DNA from: an uncultured Chloroflexia bacterium
GTDB lineage: Bacteria > Chloroflexota > Limnocylindria > Limnocylindrales > CSP1-4
Reading direction: 5' to 3'
DNA: 64,000 bases
NCBI GenBank assembly: GCA_963767165.1
Contig: CAVYCV010000008.1
Coordinates: 118,182-182,181 of the forward strand
The notes beneath the pieces were generated by a model, which was given only the letters and a program-made list of their open reading frames with translations, was not told the DNA's origin and made no database searches. Each line of letters starts with the position of its first letter. The stretch's first letter is position 1. Shown piece after piece: positions 61,763 to 64,000 of the stretch. Both the position numbers and the translations under genes were made by a program.

Positions 61763-62098
61763 TCACCGCGCTTGGCCGCCTGGCGGACCCTGAACTGAAC
61801 CTGCCAGTCGCCGATGAATGATCTCGAAGAGACCCGTCGACCGGGCTCTTTGCCCAGCCAGGCGTGGCCCGCAGCTCGTTGGCGGCACGTGCGGCGAGAT
61901 GTGCGAGGTCGAACGCGACCGTTTCGACGGTGTAGCCCTTGCCCTCAGGGTCCTGATCGCGCCATTGAGGCGTTGGCCTCTGGAGAGGCCGTTGCGATCC
62001 ACTCGTTCGATTTGCGCCCAATCGGCTGTCTTGACGACCAGCCGGGCGTTGCCGAGAACTTGAGCGGTGAGCTTCCGATTGATTGCATAGGCGAGCAT
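61763..62098 (-). CDS. Hypothetical protein (possible frameshift near 61950)
   Basis: AGGAGG RBS; protein-like reading continues in ORF 61695..62021. Confidence 0.45.
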   Translation of the reverse strand: MLAYAINRKLTAQVLGNARLVVKTADWAQIERVDRNGLSRGQRLNGAIRTLRARATPSKRSRSTSHISPHVPPTSCGPRLAGQRARSTGLFEIIHRRLAGSVQGPPGGQAR

Positions 62099-62509
62099 CA
62101 GGGGTGACCTCCTGTGGCCGCTGATTTGGCGGCTCTAAACGTCTCTACACACCCCGGTGCCCAGTTGTCTGAACGACCGGTTGGCCATCTAGCTGGGGCG
62201 TGCTTGACCGGTCGGGCGGAATGCGCTTTGGACCCTTTCGGGCGCGTGCTTGTAGGGACCTGGCAATGTGGCCACCTCACGGGTGGATCCGGGTCCCGCG
62301 GGGTCTCCCGCGTCGCTCCCGATGAACTTCATGTTCAAACCACGGGGTCAGTGGCGCAACCGACAGCGGCCCATCTGATGGTCCTGCCGGCCAGCCCAGA
62401 CGAATGGCGAGACCCAAGGTCGACCCGCAGGCGAGCCCGTGCCGATCGCCTCTGACTCGACAGAAGTCCGGTTCACGCCTCCGGACGCCATCGGGGACCT
62501 TGGGCTGCC

Positions 62510-63151
62510 ATGGCGGCTTTCGGGAGTCGCCTTGAGCGTGACCGACGTTGCGCGCCGAGCGTCGCGCAACGTGGCGAACGCTTGACCTATCGCTTCACGG
62601 ATGGCGAGTGTTGGCCATGCTTCAAAGACTCGCAGCCGCCCGCTCTGCCGCCCGACATGCCCCTAGCCGTCGCCGATCGGGACGGCTTCACCGTCTTTTC
62701 GCTGGGCGCGACTGTGGGTGATGCTGCAGCCGCGAGCGGCGCGAACGAGGTGACCTCCCGCCGTTGGGTGGCCAGCGAACGGGCGTTCCAGCGGCGGCTC
62801 TGGACGTCGCCACCTGTACCCGCTTGGGCCGCGGTCCTCCTACCGCCTGAGCCCGCTCCTCACCCGGCGGCGTCGCCCTCCGACGGCGAGGCACAGAACC
62901 TGCGCCGCCTGTTGATTGCCCTCGACGCGTCGCGATTTGAGCGGACTCCCCTCTCGATCCGTGCGCGCGACTGGGCGGCCGGGCGGCCAGGATTGGGTAA
63001 GCGATGGGCGGATAGCGCTTTGGTTCGCCTCGGCGACCTAGGGGTGTTGACCAAGGTGCCTGGGATCAGACGCTTGCCCACCTGGCATCTTCCGACGCGG
63101 GACGAGGCCCTTCGGCGGCTCGATGACGCGTTCAACAAGCGGGAGGACTGA
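62510..63151 (+). CDS. Hypothetical protein
   Basis: Longest ORF in the interval; start uncertain. Confidence 0.35.
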   Translation: MAAFGSRLERDRRCAPSVAQRGERLTYRFTDGECWPCFKDSQPPALPPDMPLAVADRDGFTVFSLGATVGDAAAASGANEVTSRRWVASERAFQRRLWTSPPVPAWAAVLLPPEPAPHPAASPSDGEAQNLRRLLIALDASRFERTPLSIRARDWAAGRPGLGKRWADSALVRLGDLGVLTKVPGIRRLPTWHLPTRDEALRRLDDAFNKRED

Positions 63152-63290
63152 CCGCAACCTTGGCTCCTGCTCGCCCAACGCGGCTCCGCAGGTCATTGCC
63201 ACTTGACATCGGTTTGAAGAAACCGAAGCTCCGCCGTCGCCCGCTGGTGAGCGACCGAGAACCTGGTCGTAACACCGGCGGAGCCAGCCG

Positions 63291-63680
63291 ATGGCCACAG
63301 TCATTTTGGAGCGACCAACCCCGGCGGGCAATGAGGCTGACCCAACGCCCGCATTCAACCGACCGGCCTACTGGTACGTGCGCGGGACCGACAATCTCCC
63401 ATCGGCGGATCGGGCGGCGGCGGATCCGGACCCCATAGTCCGGGTCAAGCTGTTTGACCCCCAGGGAAGCTGGTCGTGGTACCTGGCCGGATACGACCCT
63501 AACCGGCGGCTTGCCTTCGGCGCAGTCGACGGGTGGGAGTTCGAGGTCGGCGATTTCTGGATGCCGGAGCTCACGGTTCTGCGCGGCAAGCTCCTGGCGG
63601 CTTGCCCCTCGAACGCGAACTCGACTTTGAGCCCCGCCGCCTCTCGCTACTCCTGCCGGCAGGCTCGAAACGACCGGTAG
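63291..63680 (+). CDS. DUF2958-like protein (probable frameshift near the 3' end)
   Basis: DPIVRVKLFDP.GSWSWY...LAFGAVDG.EFEVG.F...EL; LPLERELDFEP continues in another frame. Confidence 0.7.
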   Translation: MATVILERPTPAGNEADPTPAFNRPAYWYVRGTDNLPSADRAAADPDPIVRVKLFDPQGSWSWYLAGYDPNRRLAFGAVDGWEFEVGDFWMPELTVLRGKLLAACPSNANSTLSPAASRYSCRQARNDR

Positions 63681-63730
63681 GACAGTGGGCCTCGGGCCCG
63701 ACGAGGATGCTCATTGCATTAGTTGGGAAA

Positions 63731-63988
63731 TCAACCTCCGAGCCCGCCGGCGGCGGGCTGGGCGAACCGAGCCTCGGCGGTGTTCAGGTCAATGATCCCG
63801 AAGCCTGCCTTGCCGTCGAGGTCGAGCGGCGAGACGGCCAAGAAGTGGCCTCGCAGGTCGCGAGCCAAGACCGCGACCATCACCGTTTCACCTGGCCTCA
63901 CGAGCAACTTGAGCTCGTGTCCGACGACCACCCATCGCTGCTCTGCGCAGTAGCGAAGGGCGTCGTACGGAGTGAGCGTCGCGGTCAT
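63731..63988 (-). CDS. Hypothetical protein (85 aa)
   Basis: GAGG RBS, protein-like composition. Confidence 0.45.
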   Translation of the reverse strand: MTATLTPYDALRYCAEQRWVVVGHELKLLVRPGETVMVAVLARDLRGHFLAVSPLDLDGKAGFGIIDLNTAEARFAQPAAGGLGG

Positions 63989-64000
63989 GAGACCTCGAAG

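Larger units (their letters stand above)
59566..64000. mobile_element. Integrative element (left part); continues beyond the window
   Basis: att core, tyrosine integrase, own tRNA, DUF2958-like gene, short hypothetical ORFs, visibly more A/T-ending codons. Confidence 0.8.

Overview
High-GC bacterial chromosome segment. Gene content and promoter style suggest Chloroflexota (Limnocylindria-like) or Actinomycetota; this is inference only. 1-18.5 kb is housekeeping: leucine/isoprenoid catabolism (enoyl-CoA hydratase, an HTH-fused biotin carboxylase, HMG-CoA lyase), HNH nuclease, CCA-adding enzyme, galE, an MFS transporter, a motif-degenerate DNA-ligase-like protein, a glucosylglycerate cluster (GT2, USP-USP-GpgS, glycerate kinase), a Phd-VapC toxin-antitoxin pair and nth. 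18.6-27.6 kb holds three TadE/TadG minor-pilin cassettes, each behind the same promoter motif, with no Tad assembly genes in the window. 27.7-42 kb holds an OmpR two-component system, a nitrilase, an ECF sigma/anti-sigma region that is scrambled or error-rich, and stress genes. 42-50.8 kb is a NarL two-component/ABC-transporter module with a shared palindrome. 50.9-64 kb is a tRNA-Thr(CGT) integration hotspot: two 37-nt 5' tRNA halves cut exactly at the anticodon loop bracket an 8.5-kb cargo island. The second half is followed by a tyrosine integrase whose element carries its own intact, sequence-divergent tRNA-Thr(CGT) plus an adjacent tRNA-like anticodon hairpin. Many genes appear leaderless. 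Several frameshifts look like assembly indels. No rRNA or CRISPR array was seen. All product calls come from reading motifs by eye; no database searches were run.
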